The position numbers and the translations under genes were made by a program. A DNA stretch of 64,000 nt, taken from the IMG/VR virus record IMGVR_UViG_3300037067_027684, positions 32,001 through 96,000 of that record. The stretch is one strand, 5' to 3'. A model generated the notes under the pieces. The model searched no databases. It worked only from the letters and a program-made list of their open reading frames with translations, and was not told where the DNA came from. The DNA comes from a virus. Its lineage: Duplodnaviria; Caudoviricetes. This document shows, piece after piece, positions 18,966 to 27,827 of this stretch (within the stretch, counting starts at the first letter, position 1; each line of letters opens with the position of its first letter).

Positions 18966-20091
18966 ATTCATTAATATCCACATCATTCACAATTATCCGG
19001 TATCATGTCTTAATCGTGATGATGCTAATACACCAAAAGATTGCGAGATTGGTGGTTATACACGTGCTCGGATCTCTAGCCAATGTCTGAAGAGAGCCGT
19101 TCGATTTCATCTTGGTGGTGAGTTTTCACTTGGGACACGATCACGCCAATTCCCACAACTTCTAATTAATAAACTTATTGCCTCTGGTAAAAACCAAGAT
19201 GCTACCAATAAGCTTGTTGGTCGTGCTTTTGATGCTTTTTCGAGCATGATTAAAGATAAGAGTGATGAAGAGGAAAACACTGTCGAAGAAAACACAGAGG
19301 AACAGAAGTCTGTTTTGTTACATGTCCCTCCGCTCTACGATCAGAAGCTTGATGAAATTTCTAAATTTATATGTGATAACTGGGATAGTCTCAAAGCAGT
19401 TGTCGTAGAATCTAAAGGCAAGAAGACAAAGAAATGGAATCCTAAAAAAGATACCCCTGATTATGAATTAAAGAAGCATATGGAGAAGTTTGTTGGAAAC
19501 CCACAAGACGCTGTTGATATTGCTTTGTTTGGAAGAATGCTTGCCAGCAACACTGATTTTACAGTTGATGGGGTGTGTTCAGTCGCGCACGCATTCTCTA
19601 CAAACAAAATCAAGAAAGATACTGATTTCTTTACTGCGGTTGACGATCTAAGTCATGATTCTGGCGCTGGTATGATGGGGAATATTGATTTCAATAGTGC
19701 TTGTTATTATCAATTTGCTACTGTTGATTATACTAGGTTATCTGAGTTAATGGGGAATGATTCAAAGAAAATTGCTTTGGCCTGCGTTAATGCTTTTGCT
19801 AAGGCAAATCCTTCTGGTAAACAGAATACGATGTGTGCATTAACCCCACCTGATTTTATTTTGGTTGCTATTGGTAATCAGCGTTTGTCATACGCCAATG
19901 CTTTTGTTAAACCTATTCGTCCCGATGAGAAAGATCTTATTACTAACTCAATTGAAGCGTTGATTAAAGAATCTGACTCATTAAAGACGTTCTTTAATCC
20001 GGTTATTTGTTCTTGGTGTCGCTCGATGCAGATAGCCAATTCTGTTTCTGATTATGGTGCTTTCATGACTCAGGTTGGAGAACAATTGTAA
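18958..20091 (+). CDS. cas7: Cascade backbone Cas7 (CasC)
   Basis: CLNRDD..RARISSQCLKRA, DIALFGRM, DFFTAVDD, PSGKQN. Confidence 0.96.
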   Translation: MSKFINIHIIHNYPVSCLNRDDANTPKDCEIGGYTRARISSQCLKRAVRFHLGGEFSLGTRSRQFPQLLINKLIASGKNQDATNKLVGRAFDAFSSMIKDKSDEEENTVEENTEEQKSVLLHVPPLYDQKLDEISKFICDNWDSLKAVVVESKGKKTKKWNPKKDTPDYELKKHMEKFVGNPQDAVDIALFGRMLASNTDFTVDGVCSVAHAFSTNKIKKDTDFFTAVDDLSHDSGAGMMGNIDFNSACYYQFATVDYTRLSELMGNDSKKIALACVNAFAKANPSGKQNTMCALTPPDFILVAIGNQRLSYANAFVKPIRPDEKDLITNSIEALIKESDSLKTFFNPVICSWCRSMQIANSVSDYGAFMTQVGEQL

Positions 20092-20750
20092 TGGCCACTA
20101 TTCTATTGAGAATTAAAGCGCCATTTCAATCTTGGGGTTACCAAGAGAGCACTCATATTAGAGATACCAATAGATATCCTACCAAAAGTGGAATAATTGG
20201 TTTGTGTTGTGCGGCGATTGGGAAACCAAGAGAAGAAACTCCTGATTTCCCAACTTTAGTTGAGTTTGGTGTTCTGAAGATGGGCGTTAGAGTTCTTAAT
20301 TTTGGCTCTAAGATGAGAGATTTTTGTACGGTCGGTAGTGGTATCAACAAGCCTACCTTGGATACTGTGTTTGATAGTAAATGTACTACCAAAAGAAAAG
20401 AGGCTATTATCATAACTAAATATTATTTGGTTGGGGCCGATTTTTTGGTTGCGTTGGAAGGTGATAATGTTTTGTTAGGGCGCATTAAAGCTGGTTTTTT
20501 GAATCCTGTTTTCCCACTCTTTTTTGGTCGTAAAAATTGTCCTCCTGCTTGTGATATTTTAGTGGGTGTTTACGAATCTGGCTTGGTTGAAACGCTGAGA
20601 GATGCAGTTGTTGATGTTGATAAACCAGAAAATCTTTTTATTTTAGAGAGTAACACTGGAGTTTTGGTTAATGATGTCCCATTGATTTCTCGTGAATTTG
20701 GTGTTCGTAGAGTTGTGGAATGTTCTTTGGAGGAATTATCATGTTCCTAA
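20091..20750 (+). CDS. cas5: Cas5e (CasD)
   Basis: APFQSWG..R.T..PTKSGIIGL, YL..ADF, LFFGRK.CPP. Confidence 0.95.
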   Translation: MATILLRIKAPFQSWGYQESTHIRDTNRYPTKSGIIGLCCAAIGKPREETPDFPTLVEFGVLKMGVRVLNFGSKMRDFCTVGSGINKPTLDTVFDSKCTTKRKEAIIITKYYLVGADFLVALEGDNVLLGRIKAGFLNPVFPLFFGRKNCPPACDILVGVYESGLVETLRDAVVDVDKPENLFILESNTGVLVNDVPLISREFGVRRVVECSLEELSCS

Positions 20751-21304
20751 CTCAGATTCAGGTTAATAATTCTCGTATTCTTGGTGATATTTATGGGGTC
20801 CATCAGAAGGTGATGGCATTTGTGGACTCTGAGGAGAGGGTTCTTTATCGAGTTGAGACCGATGACTTTCCTCGAATCCTTGTTCTTTCTGAGGACGAAC
20901 CTAGTAATAAAGTTGATTGGGGTAAGGTAATTATTAAACCATATAATCCTATTATTGCTGTTGGTAGACGATTTAGGTTTAGGTTGTTGGCTAACCCTAC
21001 GCATGTGGTTTCAGTTGGTGGTCATAAGAGGATTAGGATGTTTTTGAAGATCGAGGATCAAGAGAATTGGATTAAAGAAAAGGGCAAGAAATCTGGTTTT
21101 AAGGTTCTAGATCATGTTTTGGTGATAGATAATGGATTTTGTAAGATCAAGAAGCAGTCTGGTTTTGAATGGATCACTAGATCAGTTCTGTTTGAGGGTG
21201 TATTGGAGGTTTCTGATAAGAATTTGTTTTTGTTTAATTTGTTTAATGGGATCGGTCGTTGTAAGGCTTTTGGTTTTGGTTTACTGTCGATTGCTGCTCT
21301 TTGA
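20741..21304 (+). CDS. cas6e: Cas6e (CasE) crRNA endoribonuclease
   Basis: VLYRVE, FRFRLLANPT, FEGVLEV, GIGRCKAFGFGLLS Gly-rich loop. Confidence 0.95.
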   Translation: MFLTQIQVNNSRILGDIYGVHQKVMAFVDSEERVLYRVETDDFPRILVLSEDEPSNKVDWGKVIIKPYNPIIAVGRRFRFRLLANPTHVVSVGGHKRIRMFLKIEDQENWIKEKGKKSGFKVLDHVLVIDNGFCKIKKQSGFEWITRSVLFEGVLEVSDKNLFLFNLFNGIGRCKAFGFGLLSIAAL

Positions 21305-21377
21305 TAATCGAATACTGATTAAACGCTTTAACACCACTGATTGTGTTTCTTATTGCTGCGACATACAATCAGTTGGT
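21305..21377 (+). promoter_or_regulatory. Short CRISPR leader containing an inverted repeat
   Basis: 73-bp AT-rich segment between cas6e and repeat 1; ACACCACTGATTGTGT/ATACAATCAGTTGGTGT. Confidence 0.7.
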
Positions 21378-21997
21378 GTCTTTCCCGCGTAAGCGGGGAT
21401 AAATCGACGATGTTAGATGATGGGCGGAATTTTAGGTCGTCTTTCCCGCGTAAGCGGGGATAAATCGGCGGAACAGATTGACTATGCCGCACCAAAAATG
21501 TCTTTCCCGCGTAAGCGGGGATAAATCGCAATCGCAGTCGGAACTACCTTCTGCACAGACGTCTTTCCCGCGTAAGCGGGGATAAATCGATGGACAAGAA
21601 GATTGACCAGTATCACGACTCGTCTTTCCCGCGTAAGCGGGGATAAATCGTATCCGGCTATTCGTTGTTCGATTTGTCGTGAGTCTTTCCCGCGTAAGCG
21701 GGGATAAATCGGCTCAGGTCTGGAAGGCTCGATTTAGGCATCCGTCTTTCCCGCGTAAGCGGGGATAAATCGCACCCTCTCGCCTAGCGGGGTGTTGGAT
21801 CGTTGTCTTTCCCGCGTAAGCGGGGATAAATCGCCCTGTAGGTCACAGAAGAGATCCGCACCGGCTCCCGCGTAAGCGGGGATAAATCGATGATGGAATC
21901 AGATCAAGTGAAAAGCTTGATTCCCGCGTAAGCGGGGATAAATCGGAGAGACCGGATAGGGCTTATACTTCGGTGGAGTCTCCCGCGTAAGTGGGGA
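21378..21997 (+). CRISPR. Type I-E array: 11 repeats (GTCTTTCCCGCGTAAGCGGGGATAAATCG, 29 nt), 10 spacers of 32 nt
   Basis: Identical repeats at 21378, 21439, 21500, 21561, 21622, 21683, 21744, 21805; 24-nt repeats at 21866 and 21922; degenerate terminal repeat at 21978; resembles the E. coli I-E repeat. Confidence 0.98.
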
Positions 21998-22026
21998 AGT
22001 ATTTGATTCTTTCAAGGAGAACAATA

Positions 22027-23184
22027 ATGTCGAGTATTCCATTAGCCACACGTATCCGACCGAAAACTCTCGCTGAGATAATTGGACAACAGCATATTTT
22101 AGGAGAAGATAAACCATTATTTAAAATGATTAAGGATGATAGAGTAAGTTCGATAATTTTCTACGGCCCAAGTGGTACTGGTAAGACAACACTAGCAGAA
22201 GTAATCTCAAAAATTACAAAACGCAATTTTGTTAAAATGAATGCCGCTAACTGTGGTGTTAAAGAAATTAGATCATTGGCTGAAAAAGCAACAATGACTG
22301 GAATCAGTACAGTATTGTTCCTAGACGAATGTCATAGAGCTACGACTGTATTGATGGACACGCTACTGCCGTTTATTGAGAATGGAGTGTTTGTATTCAT
22401 TGGCGCAACCACTGAGAATGTCTACCATTCATTGACATCAGCATTACTATCAAGATGTCAAGTGTATGTTCTGGAATCATTGTCTGAGACTGAATTAACC
22501 ATGATTATGTTAAGAGGTGTCGAATATTATCGATCAATTAAAAAAGAGGTTAGTCTTGATCCTGAAGCTGTTAAACACATAATTCGTGTTTCTTGTGGCG
22601 ATGGTCGTAAGGTTCTGACTATTCTTGAAATGTTGGTTGAAATTGGTGGTGCATTAGACATTACTCTTGAATTGGCTAGAGCAGTTGCTCCGTCGAAATA
22701 TGTTGTGTATGGAGAAAGTTTGAAGTATGATTACGCTTCTTGGGAGCAGGGGGCGCTTCAAGCTTCAGACCCCGACGCTGCGATTTATGCTCTAGCTAAA
22801 TGGCTTGAATCGGGGGAGGACCCGAGATATATAGCGAGAAGAATAATTATTTCTGCGAGCGAGGACTGTGCTAGTTCTCCATTTGCAGCGATGCTTGCGC
22901 ATTCAGCCTATGTTGCCGCCTGCGAAATAGGAAGACCAGAATGCGATATAGTTCTAGCTCACGCAGTCGTAACTATTGCTACTAGTAAACGTGATAAGTC
23001 AGCGGCAGTAGCGATTTGGTCTGCTCTTAAGGATATCAAAGAAGGTATTGACGTAGCTGTCCCGAAGGAATTGCGAGATTGCCATTATAAAGGCTCTGAG
23101 AAACTTGGCCATGGTGCTTATCACGATGGTATGAATCAATCAGCATATGTAGGTATTAACAAGAAATATTATAAGCCATGGTAA
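22027..23184 (+). CDS. rarA: Replication-associated recombination protein A (RarA/MgsA AAA+ ATPase)
   Basis: PLATRIRPKTL..IGQQH, GPSGTGKTT, LDECHR, GATTEN, SDPDAA..GEDPRYIARR..ASED; AAGGAG SD. Confidence 0.92.
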   Translation: MSSIPLATRIRPKTLAEIIGQQHILGEDKPLFKMIKDDRVSSIIFYGPSGTGKTTLAEVISKITKRNFVKMNAANCGVKEIRSLAEKATMTGISTVLFLDECHRATTVLMDTLLPFIENGVFVFIGATTENVYHSLTSALLSRCQVYVLESLSETELTMIMLRGVEYYRSIKKEVSLDPEAVKHIIRVSCGDGRKVLTILEMLVEIGGALDITLELARAVAPSKYVVYGESLKYDYASWEQGALQASDPDAAIYALAKWLESGEDPRYIARRIIISASEDCASSPFAAMLAHSAYVAACEIGRPECDIVLAHAVVTIATSKRDKSAAVAIWSALKDIKEGIDVAVPKELRDCHYKGSEKLGHGAYHDGMNQSAYVGINKKYYKPW

Positions 23185-24112
23185 ATTCTTTATACCTTTG
23201 ATGTTTCCTATCAAGACATCTAATTGGATCATGCCAAATCCAATTGGCTAATCGTAATGCTTTTCGACAAGAGCAAGTTATCTTGGTAATACTACCAACT
23301 GGATAAGGCCCATTCATTCTCATGTTAATTTTATTGTCGATTAATGATAATAATTCGGAACCAAATGAATTATAAGTGATTGCGAATCCAATGATCAGAT
23401 TATTCTTTCTATTTCTCGTGATATATCCATCGCCGTCCAAGAAACCACGCACAAAATGATCATGATATTTAATTTTTGGTATGTGTTTCTTATATTCTTC
23501 TCCTGGGCAAAGACCATATTTAGCTAATATGTCACATAAATATATGTTGCTTAACTGAATTGCGTCATAATGGAAACCGCGTGAGTCAATATAATGTTTT
23601 ATGATTGATGTTGGTAAAGATAGATCATTAACGAACATTTCAAGCCATGCTCTATCCTTAGCAGCAAGACGAATACCCAACACACTTGGATAATTACCAC
23701 GATTACGAATATGACCATCAGCGTAGATGAATCCAAGATAATAACAGCCAATTTGGTCCATACTCGTAAAGTGAGTTAAATCGGGGTTATGTTTTCTAAT
23801 TTTATCAGCAGCGATACAGGTAGCCTCAAATCTCGTTTTTGAGAGTCCCAATTTATTAAGCCGATAACAAATCGAACGTTGATTAATTTTAAATTTCTTG
23901 CTTAATTCGCATGTGGTAAGATGGCTATGTTTAATTAATTCTTTATCGGTAAATGGTTTCTGGATATTTTCTCGTTTGAGTTTCCACTTCTGACATAGAC
24001 GTTGAATTGTCCATCGTTGGGTCCCAGTAATTCTAGCTATCTCCTTCTGTGATTGACCATTGTAAAACATCTTAACTATTTCGTTATGCTTACTGTGGTG
24101 TAGTACAGTCAT
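23156..24112 (-). CDS. Free-standing LAGLIDADG homing endonuclease with N-terminal HTH repeats
   Basis: YYLGFIYADG and FVRGFLDGDG motifs; LDRK end; AGGAGG SD; opposite orientation to neighbours. Confidence 0.88.
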   Translation of the reverse strand: MTVLHHSKHNEIVKMFYNGQSQKEIARITGTQRWTIQRLCQKWKLKRENIQKPFTDKELIKHSHLTTCELSKKFKINQRSICYRLNKLGLSKTRFEATCIAADKIRKHNPDLTHFTSMDQIGCYYLGFIYADGHIRNRGNYPSVLGIRLAAKDRAWLEMFVNDLSLPTSIIKHYIDSRGFHYDAIQLSNIYLCDILAKYGLCPGEEYKKHIPKIKYHDHFVRGFLDGDGYITRNRKNNLIIGFAITYNSFGSELLSLIDNKINMRMNGPYPVGSITKITCSCRKALRLANWIWHDPIRCLDRKHQRYKEFTMAYNISC

Positions 24113-24239
24113 CTGATCCTCCTGCTAAAATATATACTTGTCGCGATTGTCTTTCGTAGATTTTGGCTGAATATCGGGATAGGTATTTAAGTATCATGAA
24201 AACCTGATAAACAGAATGACATGGGTAAAGGAGAAATAA

Positions 24240-24518
24240 ATGATTGACGAGCCGATCACAGAGGAAGCACCTTTGGTTGAGTCTCAGGGTGAGATTGTCA
24301 TGAAGGTTATTTCCGCGCATGGCGATGACCGGTTGATTTGGGATCGTCATTTTATTGATTCTATTAAGGAAGCTCGTGACAAGTTTTATGACCTGTTGTC
24401 CAAGGGCTATCAGGCTTTTGCTGTGAAGATGGATGGTAAGAAATCTAATCGGCGTATGTTCAAGTTTGATCCTAAAGTTGAAGAAATCATCATGGTCCCA
24501 ATGCTCGTTGGGGGCTAA
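24240..24518 (+). CDS. Small protein ending in Gly-Gly (ubiquitin/ThiS-like C-terminus)
   Basis: AAGGAG SD; ends FDPKVEEIIMVPMLVGG-stop. Confidence 0.75.
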   Translation: MIDEPITEEAPLVESQGEIVMKVISAHGDDRLIWDRHFIDSIKEARDKFYDLLSKGYQAFAVKMDGKKSNRRMFKFDPKVEEIIMVPMLVGG

Positions 24519-24529
24519 GGGAGATCAAC

Positions 24530-25339
24530 ATGGCTATAACCAACTCACCGTATCTAGTTGGGTCTGGTGGATCTACAACGCCTGGTGGATCTTCAACACC
24601 AAGTGGAATTGTGTACTCTAATTATGTTGCACCACAATATACTAAATCAACAATTATTGCTCCAATTTCATATCGACCGTCTGTACGAATAACTGATGTC
24701 ACAACAGATAATAATGGCTTTATAAATGGGATATCCGAAGCCGTTAATATCGTGCACGATACTACTATTGTTTATACTACCATGCAAAATAGTGTCTATT
24801 TGAACTTCAGCAGTGTCACAAGTACCAGCACTTATTACTACAATTATAATTACGACTATGTGACTGGCGCATCTGGCTTTGATAAGAAGACATCACATCG
24901 TAACAGAATTCGTCGGCAGTTAATGCCAACTGAACAGCCACAAAACGCTGCATTGTTGGCTTGCAATAGTAACCCTGCAGAATTGAGGGCTAGAGGTTTG
25001 TTGCGTGAGATTATTGGTGCTGAAGAATTTAGGAATTATTTGCGTCGTGGTTTTGTGACGGTTAAGGGGCGATCTGGGATGATCTATCGAGTTAGTGGTG
25101 GGCATAATGTAATTTACAGTTATGTTCGTAATTCTAAGGGGAAATATGAGAAGTTCGAAAGCATTTGTGTTGTCTTTAAGGATGGTGTAAATCTTCCTTA
25201 CTCCGATTGGGTTGTAATGCGGATTTTGCTGGTCCAGAATGACGAATTTGCTCTGCGTAAAGTTGCGAATGTTAGTAAGGTGGGTTCTCAATTGACGTTC
25301 GTTGATGGTGGTGTGAACCAGTACGCGATAGCGGTCTAA
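24530..25339 (+). CDS. Hypothetical partner protein of the GG-terminated protein
   Basis: GGAG SD; low-complexity S/T/Y N-half; C-domain AELRARGLL..GFVTVKG.SG..YRV..IC..LP.SD..NDE..AN. Confidence 0.7.
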   Translation: MAITNSPYLVGSGGSTTPGGSSTPSGIVYSNYVAPQYTKSTIIAPISYRPSVRITDVTTDNNGFINGISEAVNIVHDTTIVYTTMQNSVYLNFSSVTSTSTYYYNYNYDYVTGASGFDKKTSHRNRIRRQLMPTEQPQNAALLACNSNPAELRARGLLREIIGAEEFRNYLRRGFVTVKGRSGMIYRVSGGHNVIYSYVRNSKGKYEKFESICVVFKDGVNLPYSDWVVMRILLVQNDEFALRKVANVSKVGSQLTFVDGGVNQYAIAV

Positions 25340-25348
25340 AAGGAGAAA

Positions 25349-25708
25349 ATGATGAGAATTGCTCTAGCGTTGCTGTCTTTGGTTTTGTTGTCCTCCTGTA
25401 CGTATGAGGAATCATTCTTTGGATGGGGTGGACCTAATCCGAAGGCTACCGAGGAAAAGGAAGCAGCAGCAGAAGTATTTGGCGTTCGTGGTCAGGTTGT
25501 CACATTGACCTATAAATTGCTCAAAACTGAACAGAATGATAGGTGCGTCTTGTGTGGCAATAAAACCACTCTTTATGCACAGGACATCAAGCTTAATGGT
25601 CATGAAGTTCTCAAGTCCAGCATTCCAGTTTGTAATCGAGAGTTATGCCTACATCTTTGGGTTGAGAAATACGTAGGCTTCGACGTTGATAAGGTTAAGA
25701 AGAAATGA
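25349..25708 (+). CDS. Putative lipoprotein
   Basis: Signal peptide with LLSSC lipobox; CVLC..C..C. Confidence 0.6.
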   Translation: MMRIALALLSLVLLSSCTYEESFFGWGGPNPKATEEKEAAAEVFGVRGQVVTLTYKLLKTEQNDRCVLCGNKTTLYAQDIKLNGHEVLKSSIPVCNRELCLHLWVEKYVGFDVDKVKKK

Positions 25709-26100
25709 GAGAAACAGTCGAATTTCATTGTAATGACTGCTCAGGTTATTTTCTGGTCAACCTGAATGTTGGTTGGACTGGGATGTTCCTGTTTGTGTGC
25801 CCCGAATGTGGGCGGGAGCATCCCAGGACGATCACTAAGGGTGTGATGGATAGCACTCAATATGGAGTTAGGGCAATGAAGGACAAGAAAGTTCCAGTCT
25901 CTGTTACTAGAGATACTTATGCTGAGAAAGATGAGCGTCGTGAGCGTATTGTGGTGATGAAATCTGCTTATAGTAAGACTCCAAGGTTGGATTGTCTCGC
26001 TAATAGGATGTGGATTTCTGGTGGTGCTAGTAGTCTGTTTTTGGCAAACGTAAGAGCACGTTCCGAAGAAGAGCGTTTGTCTTTTCAGGAGAAGAAATAA
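25705..26100 (+). CDS. Zn-ribbon protein
   Basis: CNDC..CPECG.EH; ATGA coupling. Confidence 0.65.
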   Translation: MRETVEFHCNDCSGYFLVNLNVGWTGMFLFVCPECGREHPRTITKGVMDSTQYGVRAMKDKKVPVSVTRDTYAEKDERRERIVVMKSAYSKTPRLDCLANRMWISGGASSLFLANVRARSEEERLSFQEKK

Positions 26101-26393
26101 TGTCAGATGAAAAAGAACTTGGAGAGTCTTTGGTTGCTCTTCAGTTGGTTTGTCTTCTTAATAGTAACCTGAATGATGTTTTGGAAAACGATGAAGAGAC
26201 AGGTGCATGTTTTGTGTTTCAAAGTGATGGGTTTACATCGTCTATTGAATTCCTTGGTGTACAGATTTGGACTGAAGACAATGGTCCTATTGATGAGAAA
26301 AATATCGAAGATATGAAGAAGCAAGTTAAGGGAATAATGCATAGACTTCGTGCTGCGACTGATGTTGAGGAACTTTTCAAAGCCCCGATTTAA
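26100..26393 (+). CDS. Hypothetical acidic protein
   Basis: TAATG coupling. Confidence 0.6.
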   Translation: MSDEKELGESLVALQLVCLLNSNLNDVLENDEETGACFVFQSDGFTSSIEFLGVQIWTEDNGPIDEKNIEDMKKQVKGIMHRLRAATDVEELFKAPI

Positions 26394-26403
26394 GGAGACA
26401 TCT

Positions 26404-26805
26404 GTGTCAGACAAATGTGAAACTACGCTTCCGAAGACTAAGTCTGCTGCTAAGGCGGGTAAACCAGAAGTGTTGAATAAATATAGATTCCAAAATTATG
26501 ACGATGGCAAGATTCATGTTCATGATGATGAATTGGGATTGGTATTTATTTGTTTAGATACTAGGCGTTTTCAGCTTGGTATTGATTCGTTTATTAAGAA
26601 GGCAGATTTGTTGCCAATGGGCCATATCGCAGTAATCAAGACTGATACTGTGCTTGTCTCAAGCAGAAAGTTGGCTGACGTTGTTTTGACCAAGACTCCT
26701 GAAGGTTGGAATTTTGCTTTATCTGAGGCAGGTGTGGCTAAGGCTGATTCTTTTGCTGCGGATGAGGTTCTTACTTTCTTGGATGATTTTGTCCAGAGGA
26801 TTTAA
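26404..26805 (+). CDS. Hypothetical protein
   Basis: AAGGAG SD before GTG 26404. Confidence 0.6.
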   Translation: MSDKCETTLPKTKSAAKAGKPEVLNKYRFQNYDDGKIHVHDDELGLVFICLDTRRFQLGIDSFIKKADLLPMGHIAVIKTDTVLVSSRKLADVVLTKTPEGWNFALSEAGVAKADSFAADEVLTFLDDFVQRI

Positions 26806-27080
26806 TGATTTGTGTTGATCATCTAATACCAAGTTTAAAGTCTGCGTCTTGGCCCTTTACCAAATCAGCTCATTTATTTCAAGTTGGTGGCACTGAAGAT
26901 GAGTTACATGATTTCGCTAAAAGTATAGGCTTGCGTAGATCATGGTATCAGGGAGACCATTACGACTTGAGTCCACGGAGATATCCTATAGCAGTTAGAT
27001 TGGGTGCGAAGTTGGTTGATAGGCGCAGTCCTGAGATGAGGGAATTTTTGAAGAGACACAGAGAAATGAGGACAAAGTGA
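26805..27080 (+). CDS. DUF4031-family protein
   Basis: HL..ELHDFA..IGLRRSWYQGDHYDL..A...GA. Confidence 0.75.
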   Translation: MICVDHLIPSLKSASWPFTKSAHLFQVGGTEDELHDFAKSIGLRRSWYQGDHYDLSPRRYPIAVRLGAKLVDRRSPEMREFLKRHREMRTK

Positions 27081-27193
27081 CTATTTTTCTTGTGTTTGTG
27101 TCTGGATTTGTTACTGGTGTGGTTGCTTGCTTCATTTATGCTTGCCTGCCATGCTCAGACAAACGTGTTCCCTACGATGAATAGGATTGTAAA

Positions 27194-27556
27194 ATGGGTA
27201 GACCAAGAAAATACATCGTGCAAGATGGATGCTGGAATTGCAAATCTGTTTTCATCAAGATTGATTATGACGAGGAAACTGGATATTTTTGTACTTTTGG
27301 TGCCGGTCCGCGTCCCCCTTGTTGTTCGGCCTCAATGAAAGAGAGTCCGACTACTTCTGTTGACTTGACTACTGATCTTGAAGATATCGAGGCAGTGATT
27401 TCAAACCCTGCCGCAAGATTGAGAATTTACGAATCGATTTCTGATAGAGTTCATGATCAATATCGTAAGAATTGGGATAAATGGTCCAAGAATAGAGAAG
27501 TTTGGCAATGTGGTAAGTGCCCTAGATGGGAGAAGAGACATGGAATTAGGCAATAG
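27194..27556 (+). CDS. Cys-rich hypothetical protein
   Basis: CWNC..FC..GKC. Confidence 0.55.
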   Translation: MGRPRKYIVQDGCWNCKSVFIKIDYDEETGYFCTFGAGPRPPCCSASMKESPTTSVDLTTDLEDIEAVISNPAARLRIYESISDRVHDQYRKNWDKWSKNREVWQCGKCPRWEKRHGIRQ

Positions 27557-27827
27557 AACATTAATCCTAGATGATTCAGACGCAGCATTGAATAAATACC
27601 AAGAATTAATGGTTAAAGAATTGAAATATGTTACTACTAAGAGTGGAATGGTATATCCTCTTTCTGATCTAGTTAAGGCTAGAAAGAGCACTATGATCGT
27701 TGAATTAAATTTCTCAAACAGGCGTTTCGAAATTATTAAACAAAGATATAACTTTAACCCCAAGAAAGTTATTATGTATCTTACCGACGATGACCTAAAT
27801 CCAAACAAACTAGCAAAAATACTGTAA
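27540..27827 (+). CDS. Hypothetical protein
   Basis: Start reassigned to ATG 27540; coupled to the next gene. Confidence 0.5.
   Translation: MELGNRTLILDDSDAALNKYQELMVKELKYVTTKSGMVYPLSDLVKARKSTMIVELNFSNRRFEIIKQRYNFNPKKVIMYLTDDDLNPNKLAKIL

Noticed and set aside
21590-21621. Spacer 4 begins ATGGACAAGAAG (MDKK, like SpCas9)
   Set aside because: It continues IDQYHD rather than YSIGLD; coincidence
5201-21997. TnsA-like domain plus Cascade as a CRISPR-associated transposon
   Set aside because: No TnsB, TnsC or TniQ; Cas3 is intact; the TnsA-like gene is 8 kb away and has homing-endonuclease architecture
21978-23184. rarA as a CRISPR accessory gene
   Set aside because: It has its own motif B and SD and is a general recombination gene; adjacency alone is weak evidence
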